A stretch of 64,000 bases of DNA, taken from the NCBI GenBank assembly GCA_038105035.1, contig JAYOBT010000001.1:45385-109384 (forward strand). The letters are read 5' to 3'. Below, piece by piece: positions 9,415 through 19,444 of the stretch. Numbering within the stretch: the stretch's first letter is position 1; every line of letters starts with the position of its first letter. This stretch comes from Candidatus Poseidoniales archaeon (GTDB taxonomy: Archaea > Thermoplasmatota > Poseidoniia > Poseidoniales > Poseidoniaceae). The notes beneath the pieces were generated by a model, which ran no database searches, was not told where the DNA came from, and saw nothing but the letters and a program-made list of their open reading frames with translations. The position numbers and the translations under genes are program-made.

Positions 9415-11700
9415 ATGAAGGAGAGAGTCGATGGGAGAACACCTCCCGATTTGAATCGACTCAAACTGTCCAAAGTCAAATCCACTGCTGCCGGAGTTCC
9501 GGCTGCAATCTCATCAATGAATCATGGTTTTCGTAAGATGGGCGTAGCGAAGACAGTTCGTTCTCTACTCATGGTGAATCAAAAAGAAGGATTCGACTGT
9601 CCCGGTTGTGCATGGCCCGACCCTGATCATCGAACCTCATTTGAATTCTGTGAAAATGGTGCAAAAGCAGTAGCTGATGAGGCAATGAAAGCCAATGTCA
9701 ACGAAGATTTTTTCAGAAAATATTCGGTATCAGATCTTTTGAAAAAATCTGATTATTGGTTGAACAGTCAAGGCAGAATTGCTCAACCAATGATTTTGGA
9801 ACCAGGTGCAACACATTACAAGCCAATCGATTGGGATGAGGCTTTCCAGCGCATCGCTGCGTCCATTCTATCGATGGAATCACCTCAACGTGGGGTGTAT
9901 TACACCTCTGGAAGGACCTCAAACGAGGCGGCATTTCTCTACCAAGCATTGGTTCGTGCCCTTGGTACCAATAACCTCCCTGATTGTTCCAATATGTGTC
10001 ATGAATCGAGTGGGAAAGCCCTTACAGAAACCATTGGTATCGGTAAAGGCACAGTTCATCTTGAAGATTTCAATCATTCTGATTTGATTCTCGTTATCGG
10101 ACAAAATCCAGGAACGAATCATCCCCGAATGTTGACGGCACTGCGCGATGCAAAGAAAAACGGTGCGAAAATCATCAGCATCAATCCATTACCAGAGACC
10201 GGTTTGAAGCGATTTAAACATCCGCAAGATTACATGACTGGTGACATAAAATCAACCCAATTAGCAGATCTACATGTTCCTGTTCGCATCGGCGGTGATG
10301 CTGCGTTACTCAAGGGCATTATGAAAGAACTTCATGACCTTGGGGCCATCAATGCTGATTTTATAGCAACCAAAACCCAAGGTTATGATGAATTTCAGAC
10401 GTCTCTTGCTTCGCATGATTGGGATCAAATCGTAGAAGATTCTGGAATTGAACGTCAGATGATTCAGAAAATCGCACAGATGTGTTCAGAATCAAATGCG
10501 ACAATTGCATGTTGGGCAATGGGCTTAACTCAACATAAAAATGGAGTTGCTGTAATTCAAGAAGTTGTCAATTTGCTCCTATTGGGCGGCCACATAGGCC
10601 GTCCAGGCGCAGGTGTGTGCCCCGTTCGCGGCCACTCTAACGTGCAAGGAGATCGTACAGTTGGAATATGGGAAGCACCTAGTGATTCTTTCTTGGAAAA
10701 ACTGGAAGAGGGATTAAAATTTGAATTGCCAAGAAAACATGGGTACGACGTTGTTCATTCCATTCATGCTATGGAGAATGGTAACGTAGATGTTCTCATT
10801 TGCATGGGTGGTAATTTCTTGTCAGCTACACCCGATACAGTAAGAACGGCCGAAGCCGTCCAAAACGTCGGATTAACTGTTCAAATTTCGACTAAATTGA
10901 ATCGCAGCCACCTCGTTACAGGAAACACTGCATTCATTCTACCAGTTCTTGGACGAACAGAAGTTGATGTTCAATCATCGGGTGACCAATTTGTGACCGT
11001 TGAGAATTCGATGGGTGTTGTTCATCGCTCAAAAGGCAATCTACCACCTGCCTCGAACAATTTGATTAGTGAACCTCGTCTTGTTGCAACACTCGGTCAA
11101 TTGTTGTGTCCAGATGTTTTGAATTGGGACTCTTTCCGTGACGATTATGACAAAATTCGAGACCTTATGGCTCGATCACTCGATGGATTTGAGGATTACA
11201 ACCTACGAGTGCGTGAATCATCTGGGTTTTTACTGCCCAATCCACCAAGAGATGACTGCGAATTCTCGACTCCATCCGGCAAGGCAATTTTCACCTCCAA
11301 TGCCCTGCCAAATGTTGCATTAGCCCATGACCACTTTGTTTTAATGACAATTCGAAGTCATGACCAGTACAATACTACGATTTATGGATTGCATGATAGA
11401 TACAGAGGAGTTCATGGTAATCGGCGAGTACTTTTCATGAATGCACTCGACATGAGCGAATATGGATTGAAAACGAGGGATACTGTCCATATTACAAGTC
11501 ATTTCCAAGGTTCACAACGCCATTCTAGACAGTGGATTGTTGTGCCATATGAGATTCCTCGTAGAAATCTAGCAGCGTATTTCCCAGAGGCGAATGAACT
11601 TGTACCACTTGAATCAACAGCACACATCTCCAACACACCTACATCAAAATGGATTGAAGTCACACTTACCAATTCAGTAGATTCGTCTGAAGAGGAATAA
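9415..11700 (+). CDS. Molybdopterin oxidoreductase, FdhF/YdeP-like alpha subunit
   Basis: GFDCPGCAWPDP is an N-terminal Fe-S/Cys motif typical of the YdeP subgroup. There is a large MopB-like body with no in-frame stop, so the site is Cys rather than Sec. Confidence 0.85.
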   Translation: MKERVDGRTPPDLNRLKLSKVKSTAAGVPAAISSMNHGFRKMGVAKTVRSLLMVNQKEGFDCPGCAWPDPDHRTSFEFCENGAKAVADEAMKANVNEDFFRKYSVSDLLKKSDYWLNSQGRIAQPMILEPGATHYKPIDWDEAFQRIAASILSMESPQRGVYYTSGRTSNEAAFLYQALVRALGTNNLPDCSNMCHESSGKALTETIGIGKGTVHLEDFNHSDLILVIGQNPGTNHPRMLTALRDAKKNGAKIISINPLPETGLKRFKHPQDYMTGDIKSTQLADLHVPVRIGGDAALLKGIMKELHDLGAINADFIATKTQGYDEFQTSLASHDWDQIVEDSGIERQMIQKIAQMCSESNATIACWAMGLTQHKNGVAVIQEVVNLLLLGGHIGRPGAGVCPVRGHSNVQGDRTVGIWEAPSDSFLEKLEEGLKFELPRKHGYDVVHSIHAMENGNVDVLICMGGNFLSATPDTVRTAEAVQNVGLTVQISTKLNRSHLVTGNTAFILPVLGRTEVDVQSSGDQFVTVENSMGVVHRSKGNLPPASNNLISEPRLVATLGQLLCPDVLNWDSFRDDYDKIRDLMARSLDGFEDYNLRVRESSGFLLPNPPRDDCEFSTPSGKAIFTSNALPNVALAHDHFVLMTIRSHDQYNTTIYGLHDRYRGVHGNRRVLFMNALDMSEYGLKTRDTVHITSHFQGSQRHSRQWIVVPYEIPRRNLAAYFPEANELVPLESTAHISNTPTSKWIEVTLTNSVDSSEEE

Positions 11701-11707
11701 GTGAATC

Positions 11708-12970
11708 GTGATGGGAGAAAACGCCTACGTTCGTCTTGTTCGTGAGAACAAAACATATCGAAAATTCTGGATTGCAGCATTCATTTCGATGTTCGGAGAG
11801 TGGTTCAACACCATAGCTCTGTTTCTCCTGATTCTCAAGTACACTGACTCAGAACTCCTACTTGGAATTTTGATGGCAGTACGCATGGGATGTTTTGCAC
11901 TCATGCAACCGTTTTTTGGGTTACTTGCAGATCGAATTAACCGCAAGAAATTGATGATTGTTACCAATATTTTACAGATGTTTCTGGCATTGGTTTTCAT
12001 TGCTGTTGACGGTCCAGAGGATATGTGGTGGATGTTCCTTTGTTCAGGCGCCATGATGGCCATGCACGGTTTGTATGTCACCGCAGAACGTGCTGCCCTT
12101 CCAAATATTGTCAGTAGTGAGGACTTGACAACCGCTAATGCATTAGACAGTGCTACATGGTCAACGGCTCTCTGTTTAGGTGCTTTTGCTGGTGGATTGG
12201 TTGTGTCTGAATACGGAGTTACAGTTGCCTTCATCATCGATTCGGTCACCTTTCTCATAGGAACACTGCTGCTTATACCACTTACAGTACCACAAACGTT
12301 CGACAATGCATCCTCAGGTTCGATTATCAGTTCGGCTCTCAAAGATATCTGGATGGGTCAGAAACGAATCAAGTCCGATCCTCGATTGTTTCGTATTATT
12401 TTTGCCAAGACATCATGGAACATCGCAGGAGGTGGTTTGGCAGGGGTATTCCTCGTCCTTGCAGGGAATGATATCGAATTTGTAGGGGCGGCTCTCGGTT
12501 TTGGTATCTTTTTCTTCGCACGAGGTGTAGGAACAGGGATAGGTCCCATTCTTGCTCGTCGTATGTTCAAAGATTCAGAAAAATGGCCTCGCTTGGTTGG
12601 TTTACTCATTGTTGTAAGTGGTTTGTTTTACTTATTGGTGGGTTTCAGCCTTGGCGGGCCACTGTTGTTGACTCTTGCACTCGTGACACTCGCTCACACT
12701 GCTAGCGGAGGGAATTGGGTATTATCCACTGTCCTCACTCAGCAATGGGTAGAGGATGAAATGCGTGGGCGTGTCTTTTCCACAGATATGCTGTTATTGT
12801 CGATTGGACAGGTCATTTCAACAATATCTGCAGGTTATCTCGTGGAACATGGCTATGTCAATCTTCAACAAGGCATATTGGCCTATGCATGCTTGATGAT
12901 TCTGTCTGGATTTATTTTTACACTATGGAATCCTAAGAACACAGTTCATGTTCACAAATCGGCGGAGTGA
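11708..12970 (+). CDS. MFS transporter
   Basis: About 12 predicted TM helices and the loop motif GLLADRINRKK between TM2 and TM3. Confidence 0.8.
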   Translation: MMGENAYVRLVRENKTYRKFWIAAFISMFGEWFNTIALFLLILKYTDSELLLGILMAVRMGCFALMQPFFGLLADRINRKKLMIVTNILQMFLALVFIAVDGPEDMWWMFLCSGAMMAMHGLYVTAERAALPNIVSSEDLTTANALDSATWSTALCLGAFAGGLVVSEYGVTVAFIIDSVTFLIGTLLLIPLTVPQTFDNASSGSIISSALKDIWMGQKRIKSDPRLFRIIFAKTSWNIAGGGLAGVFLVLAGNDIEFVGAALGFGIFFFARGVGTGIGPILARRMFKDSEKWPRLVGLLIVVSGLFYLLVGFSLGGPLLLTLALVTLAHTASGGNWVLSTVLTQQWVEDEMRGRVFSTDMLLLSIGQVISTISAGYLVEHGYVNLQQGILAYACLMILSGFIFTLWNPKNTVHVHKSAE

Positions 12971-14828
12971 AGTATATTCTTTCATTCGATTCTTTGTCAA
13001 TGACATCCAACTGCAACGTTGAACTTTCACCTTCTTGGATTGTCACCAGGGACGATGTACTTGCTGGCAGGTAGTCTTCTCCAGTCGAAGCAAGGGATAC
13101 GCGTATTGTATGACCCTCTTCGATCATGGCATCCAGCGGCATGAATTCCATTTTTGCGTTGATGGTCTCTATCACTGGAATCCATGTCTGGATATCATCT
13201 CCTCCCTCATGATATCGTAAATCCATGATTGCATGACCAACGTGTATGCATGAGCCTTCGAAGCAATCCTCCAATAGGGCATAGATTTGACCACCCACTG
13301 TTGCTGTTGTTACATCAACGTGAAGCCTTGGCGTCCCAACAACACGCAAAGTCTCCGCAAGGGGTTCGGTTTCCCATACTGGGCCGGATGATGCGTCTGG
13401 AATGATGGTCAATGAGCCACCAACATTGGACAATTCACCACCAAGAGAAGCAATCCATTCTGTAGTATCTGCCGGCGGGTACCGAGTTTCAATTCTCCAC
13501 TCACCATAGTTGTCTTGCACTTCTATCCATTGACCAGGTTGTGGGCCACGTTCTTGCAGATAATACTCAAACCACTCGAGAAGATCTTGCATCCAGTCGT
13601 AACGAATCATTTGCGGGAAGGCCTCTCCGCCTCTCCCACCCATATCGCTTCGTTCAAACAATTGCTCTGGTCGATCGGGGTAATCGTGATCCCATTGCCC
13701 GAACAATCCTTTCGCTTCGATTCCAGCATCGATTAATGCATTCATCGTCGGAACTGCCATGTGAGGGTCGACGTTCCAATCATGCATGCCTTGTATAAGA
13801 TAGACTGAGCCTTGATAATTCGCGAGAACTCGATCAAGGAAGTAACGTTCGGCCCAATAATCACCAAACACCTCTGAACCGAGCAAATACGCCGATGTGC
13901 CGGTGCCAGGACCGATGAGATAGTCAGGACATATGTTTTGGTAATCTTCCTCATCACCGTCAATTCCATATGACCCGTATACACCATTGTGCATGATGGG
14001 TGCGCGTGCTTCAGCGCTACCGTTCCTCCACATGAGTTCCTTAACTCCAATCAAGCCAGAAATGGGCACGATGGTTTTCAGATAATCATGTTCATTGCCA
14101 AACATAGCTGCTTGCCAGGGTGTCGAACCATCATAGGATTTGCCGATTAGTCCTACATTGCCATTGCTCCAGTTTTGCTCAGCCAACCATCGTACTGCTG
14201 CATCGTTGCCAAGTTGTTCAGCGTTGCCCATCAAATCCATACAATGATTTGATCTTCCAGTCCCCGAAACAGAGATTTGTGCAAAGGCATACCCATGTGG
14301 CAATATTTGGTCTATAATCATCGAACCGAGCCAACTACCAGGAACCTCAATCGTTGGTGTCTGAACAGATGGTTCTTGGAAGTAGGGTCCAATTTCAGCA
14401 ATTACGGGTACTTTTACACCGTCTTCAACATCTGGCCTCCATACTGCTAGGCTGATGAGGCCATTCGGTGCTGCACCACCTTCTTCGATCGGCAATTCAT
14501 ACTCAACAAAGTGATGCGTTGAATTCCATTCATTCGCAGTCTCAAGAATTTGGTATGTTCCTGTTTCTAGGACATAACCATGAGGTCCATCGGTACTGTA
14601 ATCTTGCAGATATCGTTCCCAGAGTGGCACATAATCACCACTGGCCTTGCCATCACCATCAGCAATTTGAGTTACTGCATTACCGAATGTGGCGGAGAGG
14701 AAGAGAAAGACAATGCAGACAGCAATAGTTGCACCAAGTACAGCATTGAACGATTTTGAAATATCTTTTTCAACATCCAACAAGATTGCATCCGTCTCGT
14801 TGTCGTTCGTCATAGTTATGTCATGCAT
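12933..14828 (-). CDS. Membrane-anchored CocE/NonD (S15, X-Pro dipeptidyl-peptidase-like) hydrolase
   Basis: An N-terminal TM anchor, the Ser nucleophile context IGKSYDGS, and a large C-terminal beta domain. I placed the start at MHDITM; the longer track ORF would overlap hutU. Confidence 0.75.
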   Translation of the reverse strand: MHDITMTNDNETDAILLDVEKDISKSFNAVLGATIAVCIVFLFLSATFGNAVTQIADGDGKASGDYVPLWERYLQDYSTDGPHGYVLETGTYQILETANEWNSTHHFVEYELPIEEGGAAPNGLISLAVWRPDVEDGVKVPVIAEIGPYFQEPSVQTPTIEVPGSWLGSMIIDQILPHGYAFAQISVSGTGRSNHCMDLMGNAEQLGNDAAVRWLAEQNWSNGNVGLIGKSYDGSTPWQAAMFGNEHDYLKTIVPISGLIGVKELMWRNGSAEARAPIMHNGVYGSYGIDGDEEDYQNICPDYLIGPGTGTSAYLLGSEVFGDYWAERYFLDRVLANYQGSVYLIQGMHDWNVDPHMAVPTMNALIDAGIEAKGLFGQWDHDYPDRPEQLFERSDMGGRGGEAFPQMIRYDWMQDLLEWFEYYLQERGPQPGQWIEVQDNYGEWRIETRYPPADTTEWIASLGGELSNVGGSLTIIPDASSGPVWETEPLAETLRVVGTPRLHVDVTTATVGGQIYALLEDCFEGSCIHVGHAIMDLRYHEGGDDIQTWIPVIETINAKMEFMPLDAMIEEGHTIRVSLASTGEDYLPASTSSLVTIQEGESSTLQLDVIDKESNERIYFTPPICEHELCS

Positions 14829-14915
14829 CGCATGTTCTTCAATCCGTCGGAGGGCTGCACAATGAATAATCCTCAAGTCCTTCGATTGATTGGGCGTATT
14901 ATTGGGAGGCCATGT

Positions 14916-16934
14916 ATGACGAACGAACTGTATCGTGGCTTGCCAAAGACGTTGCCAACACATCCAGGCCTTGATCCTGATGTTGACCATGCCCCTAACC
15001 GAAAGCAAATTCTTACATCCTCTGAGGAGCGCCTTGCGTTACAGAATGCACTGCGATATTTCGAACCTGAGCATCACAACCTTCTATCGAAGGAATTCCT
15101 CGAGGAATTAAGGACCTATGGTCGCATCTACATGCACCGATTTCGGCCAGACATCGACATACACGCTCGAGCAATCGGTGATTACCCTGCGAAATCGATT
15201 CAAGCGGCCGGTATCATGTTAATGATCGATAACAATCTCGACCCTCGGGTAGCCCAATTTCCAAATGAATTGATCACCTACGGTGGTAATGGAGCCGTGT
15301 TCCAAAATTGGGCTCAATATCGACTGGTGATGAACTACCTTTCTGAGATGACGGATGAACAAACCCTCGTTATGTATTCGGGCCATCCACTTGGGTTGTT
15401 TCCCTCGAACAAAGATGCGCCTCGAGTGGTTGTAACCAATGGGATGATGATTCCCAATTATTCAACAACAAATGATTATGAAAGGCTCAATGCAATGGGC
15501 GTTACTCAATATGGTCAAATGACAGCAGGTTCCTACATGTACATCGGACCGCAAGGGATTGTGCATGGTACAACCATTACTCTGATGAATGCAGCACGAA
15601 TGAAATTTGGCGTATCCTCGGATAGTGATTTGGGTGGCCTTTGTTTTGTGACTTCTGGTTTAGGAGGAATGTCAGGCGCGCAAGCAAAAGCAGCAGTCAT
15701 TGCTGGCGCTGCATGTATTGTTGCTGAATCAAATCCAGTCGCTGCGGAAAAAAGGCATCAACAGGGTTGGGTGGAACATCTATCATACGATGTAGACGAA
15801 GCCATTGACAAGATGTTAGCAGCATCGGAACAGAAGATCGGTGCATCGATTGGTTATGTCGGTAACATCGTTGATTTGTGGGAAAGGATTGTCGAAAGAG
15901 ATGTATTTGTTCATTTAGGAAGCGATCAAACATCCTTACACAATCCGTTTCAGGGTGGTTACTTCCCGGCTGGGTTGTCGTTTGATGATTCACAAGCCCT
16001 CATGCACGAAGATCCAGAACAATTCAAGTCACTCGTCCAAGCAACTCTTCGAAGGCATGTTCATGCAATCAACAATCGTGTTGAGAAAGGCATGTTCTTT
16101 TGGGATTATGGCAATGCATTTCTCCTCGAATCTGGTCGCGCTGGAGCCGATGTGTTCCTTCGAGACGGGGTCTATCGATACCCGTCCTATGTTGAGGATA
16201 TTATGGGGCCCTTGTGTTTCGACAGAGGTTTTGGACCATTTCGTTGGGTCTGTGCATCGGGTCTAGACACCGATTTACAAGAAACTGATCGGATAGCCGA
16301 GGAGGTTTTATCGCAAATGTATGACGAAGAAACCGATTCTGATGTTCGTCAACAAATACAAGACAATCTCCGTTGGATTAGGGAAGCTGACGACCATCAA
16401 CTGGTTGTTGGTTCAAAGGCACGAATTTTGTACGCAGATGAACAAGGTCGGACGCGTATTGCCACTGCAATGAACCAAGCGATAGCAGATGGCCGCATCT
16501 CAGCGCCGATTATTCTTGGTCGAGATCACCACGATGTTAGCGGAACTGATTCTCCTTATCGAGAAACTGCAAACATTCGCGATGGTTCAAAATGGACCTC
16601 CGATATGTCCGTTCAGAACTTTGTTGGTGATGCAATGCGAGGCGCGACTTGGGTCAGTTTGCACAACGGTGGAGGCGTTGGTTGGGGAGAAGTCTCAAAC
16701 GGTGGGTTTGGCATGGTTATTGATGGTTCTGCTGATTCTAAACGCCGCCTACAATCTATGCTGCACTGGGATGTCACAAATGGCGTTGCTCGGCGAGCTT
16801 GGGCCCGAAATTCGGGGGCAATAGCCTCAATAGAACGAGCCATGGATCTCAATCCAAACTTGCGTGTAACCGTACCGCAGAATGTTGATGATTCAATTCT
16901 AAATGACCTGATTGGAGAGGATTCACATGAGTGA
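14916..16934 (+). CDS. hutU: Urocanate hydratase, long form
   Basis: YGGNGAVFQNW, YGQMTAGSYMYIGPQGIVHGT, TSGLGGMSGAQ, DQTSLHNP and GRDHHDVSGTDSPYRET. GGGAGG lies 6 nt upstream of the chosen ATG. Confidence 0.93.
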   Translation: MTNELYRGLPKTLPTHPGLDPDVDHAPNRKQILTSSEERLALQNALRYFEPEHHNLLSKEFLEELRTYGRIYMHRFRPDIDIHARAIGDYPAKSIQAAGIMLMIDNNLDPRVAQFPNELITYGGNGAVFQNWAQYRLVMNYLSEMTDEQTLVMYSGHPLGLFPSNKDAPRVVVTNGMMIPNYSTTNDYERLNAMGVTQYGQMTAGSYMYIGPQGIVHGTTITLMNAARMKFGVSSDSDLGGLCFVTSGLGGMSGAQAKAAVIAGAACIVAESNPVAAEKRHQQGWVEHLSYDVDEAIDKMLAASEQKIGASIGYVGNIVDLWERIVERDVFVHLGSDQTSLHNPFQGGYFPAGLSFDDSQALMHEDPEQFKSLVQATLRRHVHAINNRVEKGMFFWDYGNAFLLESGRAGADVFLRDGVYRYPSYVEDIMGPLCFDRGFGPFRWVCASGLDTDLQETDRIAEEVLSQMYDEETDSDVRQQIQDNLRWIREADDHQLVVGSKARILYADEQGRTRIATAMNQAIADGRISAPIILGRDHHDVSGTDSPYRETANIRDGSKWTSDMSVQNFVGDAMRGATWVSLHNGGGVGWGEVSNGGFGMVIDGSADSKRRLQSMLHWDVTNGVARRAWARNSGAIASIERAMDLNPNLRVTVPQNVDDSILNDLIGEDSHE

Positions 16935-18486
16935 GCGTACAGTGACCCTTGATGGCACGACAATGAACACGCTAGACGTGTTTGACGTTTCCCATGGTAT
17001 TGCAAAAGTGATGATTTCAGAAGGTGCTATGCAGCGTGTGAACATTGCTCGTAGTGTCGTTGATCGCATTGTTGCTGGCAATGAAACTGTATACGGTATC
17101 AATACAGGGTTTGGGTCCCTCGTTCACTCACAAGTCAGTACGAATGAAGTTGAACAACTTCAATTGAATTTGATCCGATCTCACGCAACTGGAATCGGTC
17201 CTAACCTGTCTGTTGAATTGACTCGTGCAATGATGTGTGTTCGACTTAATTCACTCGTTAAAGGCCATTCTGGATGTCACCCTGATGTGGTTCTTCAGTT
17301 GGAATCCTTTCTCAATCAAGGAATACATCCAGTTGTACCTAGAATAGGTAGCCTTGGTGCAAGCGGTGACTTGGCACCACTCTCGCATTTGGCATGCGGC
17401 CTCGTTGGTGAAGGCCCTGTTGAATTCAATGGGCGGATTATGGATGCTATGGATGCATTGCGTGAATGCGAATTGGCTCCATTAACGCTGAAAGCTAAGG
17501 ATGGTTTGTCTCTCATTAATGGAACCAGTCTCATTGCAGGCACACTCGCGGTGGCAATAGAGCAATTACGACAACTACTCACGTATGCTGACATTGTTGC
17601 GGGCATGTCAATTGATGCCACAGAATCTTCACTCACTCCTTTTGATATGAGAATTCATCAGACTAGGCCACACGAAGGCCAACTCTTCGTTGCATCAAGA
17701 ATGTTGAATATCTTGTCGGATTCTAAAATCTTACACGATCATAGTGAATGCAATCGCGTACAGGACCCCTATTCTTTCCGATGCATCCCTCAAGTTCATG
17801 GACCTGTGCAAGAATCTTTTCAGAAGTTGATTGAAACCGTATCGATCGAATTGAATTCCTCAACGGATAATCCTCTAATTTTCCCTACTCCAGAAAATCC
17901 TGGTCCACATGAGGTTGTTTCACAAGGAAATTTTCACGCAGAAGTCTTAGCCCTCGTAGCAGATGCAATGAGCCTTGGTTTGTTTGAGTTGGCATCGATA
18001 AGTGAACGTCGTATCGACCAAATGCTTGACCCAGATCGAAGGGCTATCCGCCCATTCTTGGCTGAGAACCCAGGTCTTGAATCTGGTTTGATGATTGTTC
18101 AATACGTTGCTGCGGCATCTCTCGGCGAAATGAGAGGACACGCTAATCCGCGCACAGCATTTTCCACCACAACATCCGCTGGGCAAGAAGATCATGTGAG
18201 TATGGGGGCGACTGCAAGTTGGAATCTTTTGCAAGCCATCCAACGCTGCAGTGAAGTATTGGCATGTGAGGCATTCGTTGCACATAGAGCCATTCAAATG
18301 ATTGAAAAACCATCTTCAACGTGTGTTGATGCATTGATTCGTTGCATGAACAATGTCGTTTTACCGGGTTTTTCAGATAGAAACACCAGTGAGGAACTTC
18401 GTGCCATTGCCAGTGAATTTACCTCAACAGGCTGGTTGGCCGTCATACAATCAATGTTGGAAACGCCACTCCGTAAATCACTCTGA
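16927..18486 (+). CDS. hutH: Histidine ammonia-lyase
   Basis: MIO-forming GSLGASGDLAPLSH motif, plus YGINTGFG and NPLIF. The ATG overlaps the hutU stop by 8 nt. Confidence 0.95.
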   Translation: MSERTVTLDGTTMNTLDVFDVSHGIAKVMISEGAMQRVNIARSVVDRIVAGNETVYGINTGFGSLVHSQVSTNEVEQLQLNLIRSHATGIGPNLSVELTRAMMCVRLNSLVKGHSGCHPDVVLQLESFLNQGIHPVVPRIGSLGASGDLAPLSHLACGLVGEGPVEFNGRIMDAMDALRECELAPLTLKAKDGLSLINGTSLIAGTLAVAIEQLRQLLTYADIVAGMSIDATESSLTPFDMRIHQTRPHEGQLFVASRMLNILSDSKILHDHSECNRVQDPYSFRCIPQVHGPVQESFQKLIETVSIELNSSTDNPLIFPTPENPGPHEVVSQGNFHAEVLALVADAMSLGLFELASISERRIDQMLDPDRRAIRPFLAENPGLESGLMIVQYVAAASLGEMRGHANPRTAFSTTTSAGQEDHVSMGATASWNLLQAIQRCSEVLACEAFVAHRAIQMIEKPSSTCVDALIRCMNNVVLPGFSDRNTSEELRAIASEFTSTGWLAVIQSMLETPLRKSL

Positions 18487-19383
18487 AAAGTATTGTTGCT
18501 CAAGTAGATCGAGTCCAGTAAGTTGACGTATTCGGAATAAGGCAACTGCTCGTTCTTGTGTGTCGTTAATATTTAGCACAACATATCGTTCCAGTTCCGT
18601 AGCTCTGCGTATTTTTTCTTCGACCAACATGTATTCATCATACATCGAGTCGATATTCGTTGAATACAAACAAGATTCGACCTCTGAGGTATCCAAACCC
18701 ATTCTTCTCCATTGGAGGATACGGCGCTGTAGAATCTGCTTAGTGAATCCAGTACGAGGTAGTTTCGTTAAGAGCACGAGTTTTGTAGTTCCATCCTCAT
18801 TGAGATCCATTTCGACGTTACTGTGTTCCGAGAACTGTTGAACAGGTGATTTATGTTCATGGCCTTCATGAACAACTACATCCTCTTTTTCAACGGCAAA
18901 CAATGGCGCCTCCCTTCGTATTCTTGACAACTCTTGCGAATTGAAACTTGATTTATGGAGAGATAGGAAAATCGTCCACTTTGTTAACGCCACACTCTCT
19001 GCAAGGGACCGTAGCATAGAATGAACCGCCTCGAAACCGTGGATGGAAGTGAGCCATTCAACTCCTTCGATGAAGAGGAGGCCTTGTTCTGATGTTATCA
19101 AGGACTCTGAAAAGTGATTGATTTTTTCAAGGCTGGGTTCGATAGCACCGGTTACTTCGCTGTTGGTTAGCCAAAAGCATTGTATTTCAGATATGTCCAG
19201 AAAATCCATCAATCGAGAAGCTGGGTACCGTGAGATAAACACAACTGATTGTGTATCTGATGCTTCGATCCCATCAATGGATTCAACAAAGGATTCAGTA
19301 CTCTCTGCTTGGATTGTGTAAATCCTGCCAGACATAAGACGCCCTCTAGTAGGACCTCGTGAGTGAAGATAAATAGGTTTCAT
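18478..19383 (-). CDS. DUF835-like domain protein with a helical C-terminal extension
   Basis: The pattern ...VVFISRYPASRL...CFWLTNSE...IEPSLEKINHF...LLFIEGVEWLTSIHGFEAVHSMLRSL...IFLSLHKSSFNSQELSRIRREA matches my recollection of DUF835. The C-terminal ~110 aa are unassigned. Confidence 0.5.
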   Translation of the reverse strand: MKPIYLHSRGPTRGRLMSGRIYTIQAESTESFVESIDGIEASDTQSVVFISRYPASRLMDFLDISEIQCFWLTNSEVTGAIEPSLEKINHFSESLITSEQGLLFIEGVEWLTSIHGFEAVHSMLRSLAESVALTKWTIFLSLHKSSFNSQELSRIRREAPLFAVEKEDVVVHEGHEHKSPVQQFSEHSNVEMDLNEDGTTKLVLLTKLPRTGFTKQILQRRILQWRRMGLDTSEVESCLYSTNIDSMYDEYMLVEEKIRRATELERYVVLNINDTQERAVALFRIRQLTGLDLLEQQYFSE

Positions 19384-19444
19384 CGTCTAAATGACCATCA
19401 ATCATTATATTCGCTCATGTATTGGTAGTAATCGGTGACAAACT

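Noticed and set aside
9415-11700. Possible selenocysteine (in-frame TGA) in the formate-dehydrogenase-like enzyme
   Set aside because: The ORF is uninterrupted, no in-frame stop is present, and no SECIS-like element is needed.
11725-12342. A 205-aa minus-strand ORF inside the MFS transporter gene. Similar antisense ORFs occur at 20419-20943, 24464-24880, 48334-48714 and 49741-50097.
   Set aside because: They lie antisense to well-supported genes, have biased S/A/P/R-rich composition, and show no motifs. These are typical shadow ORFs.
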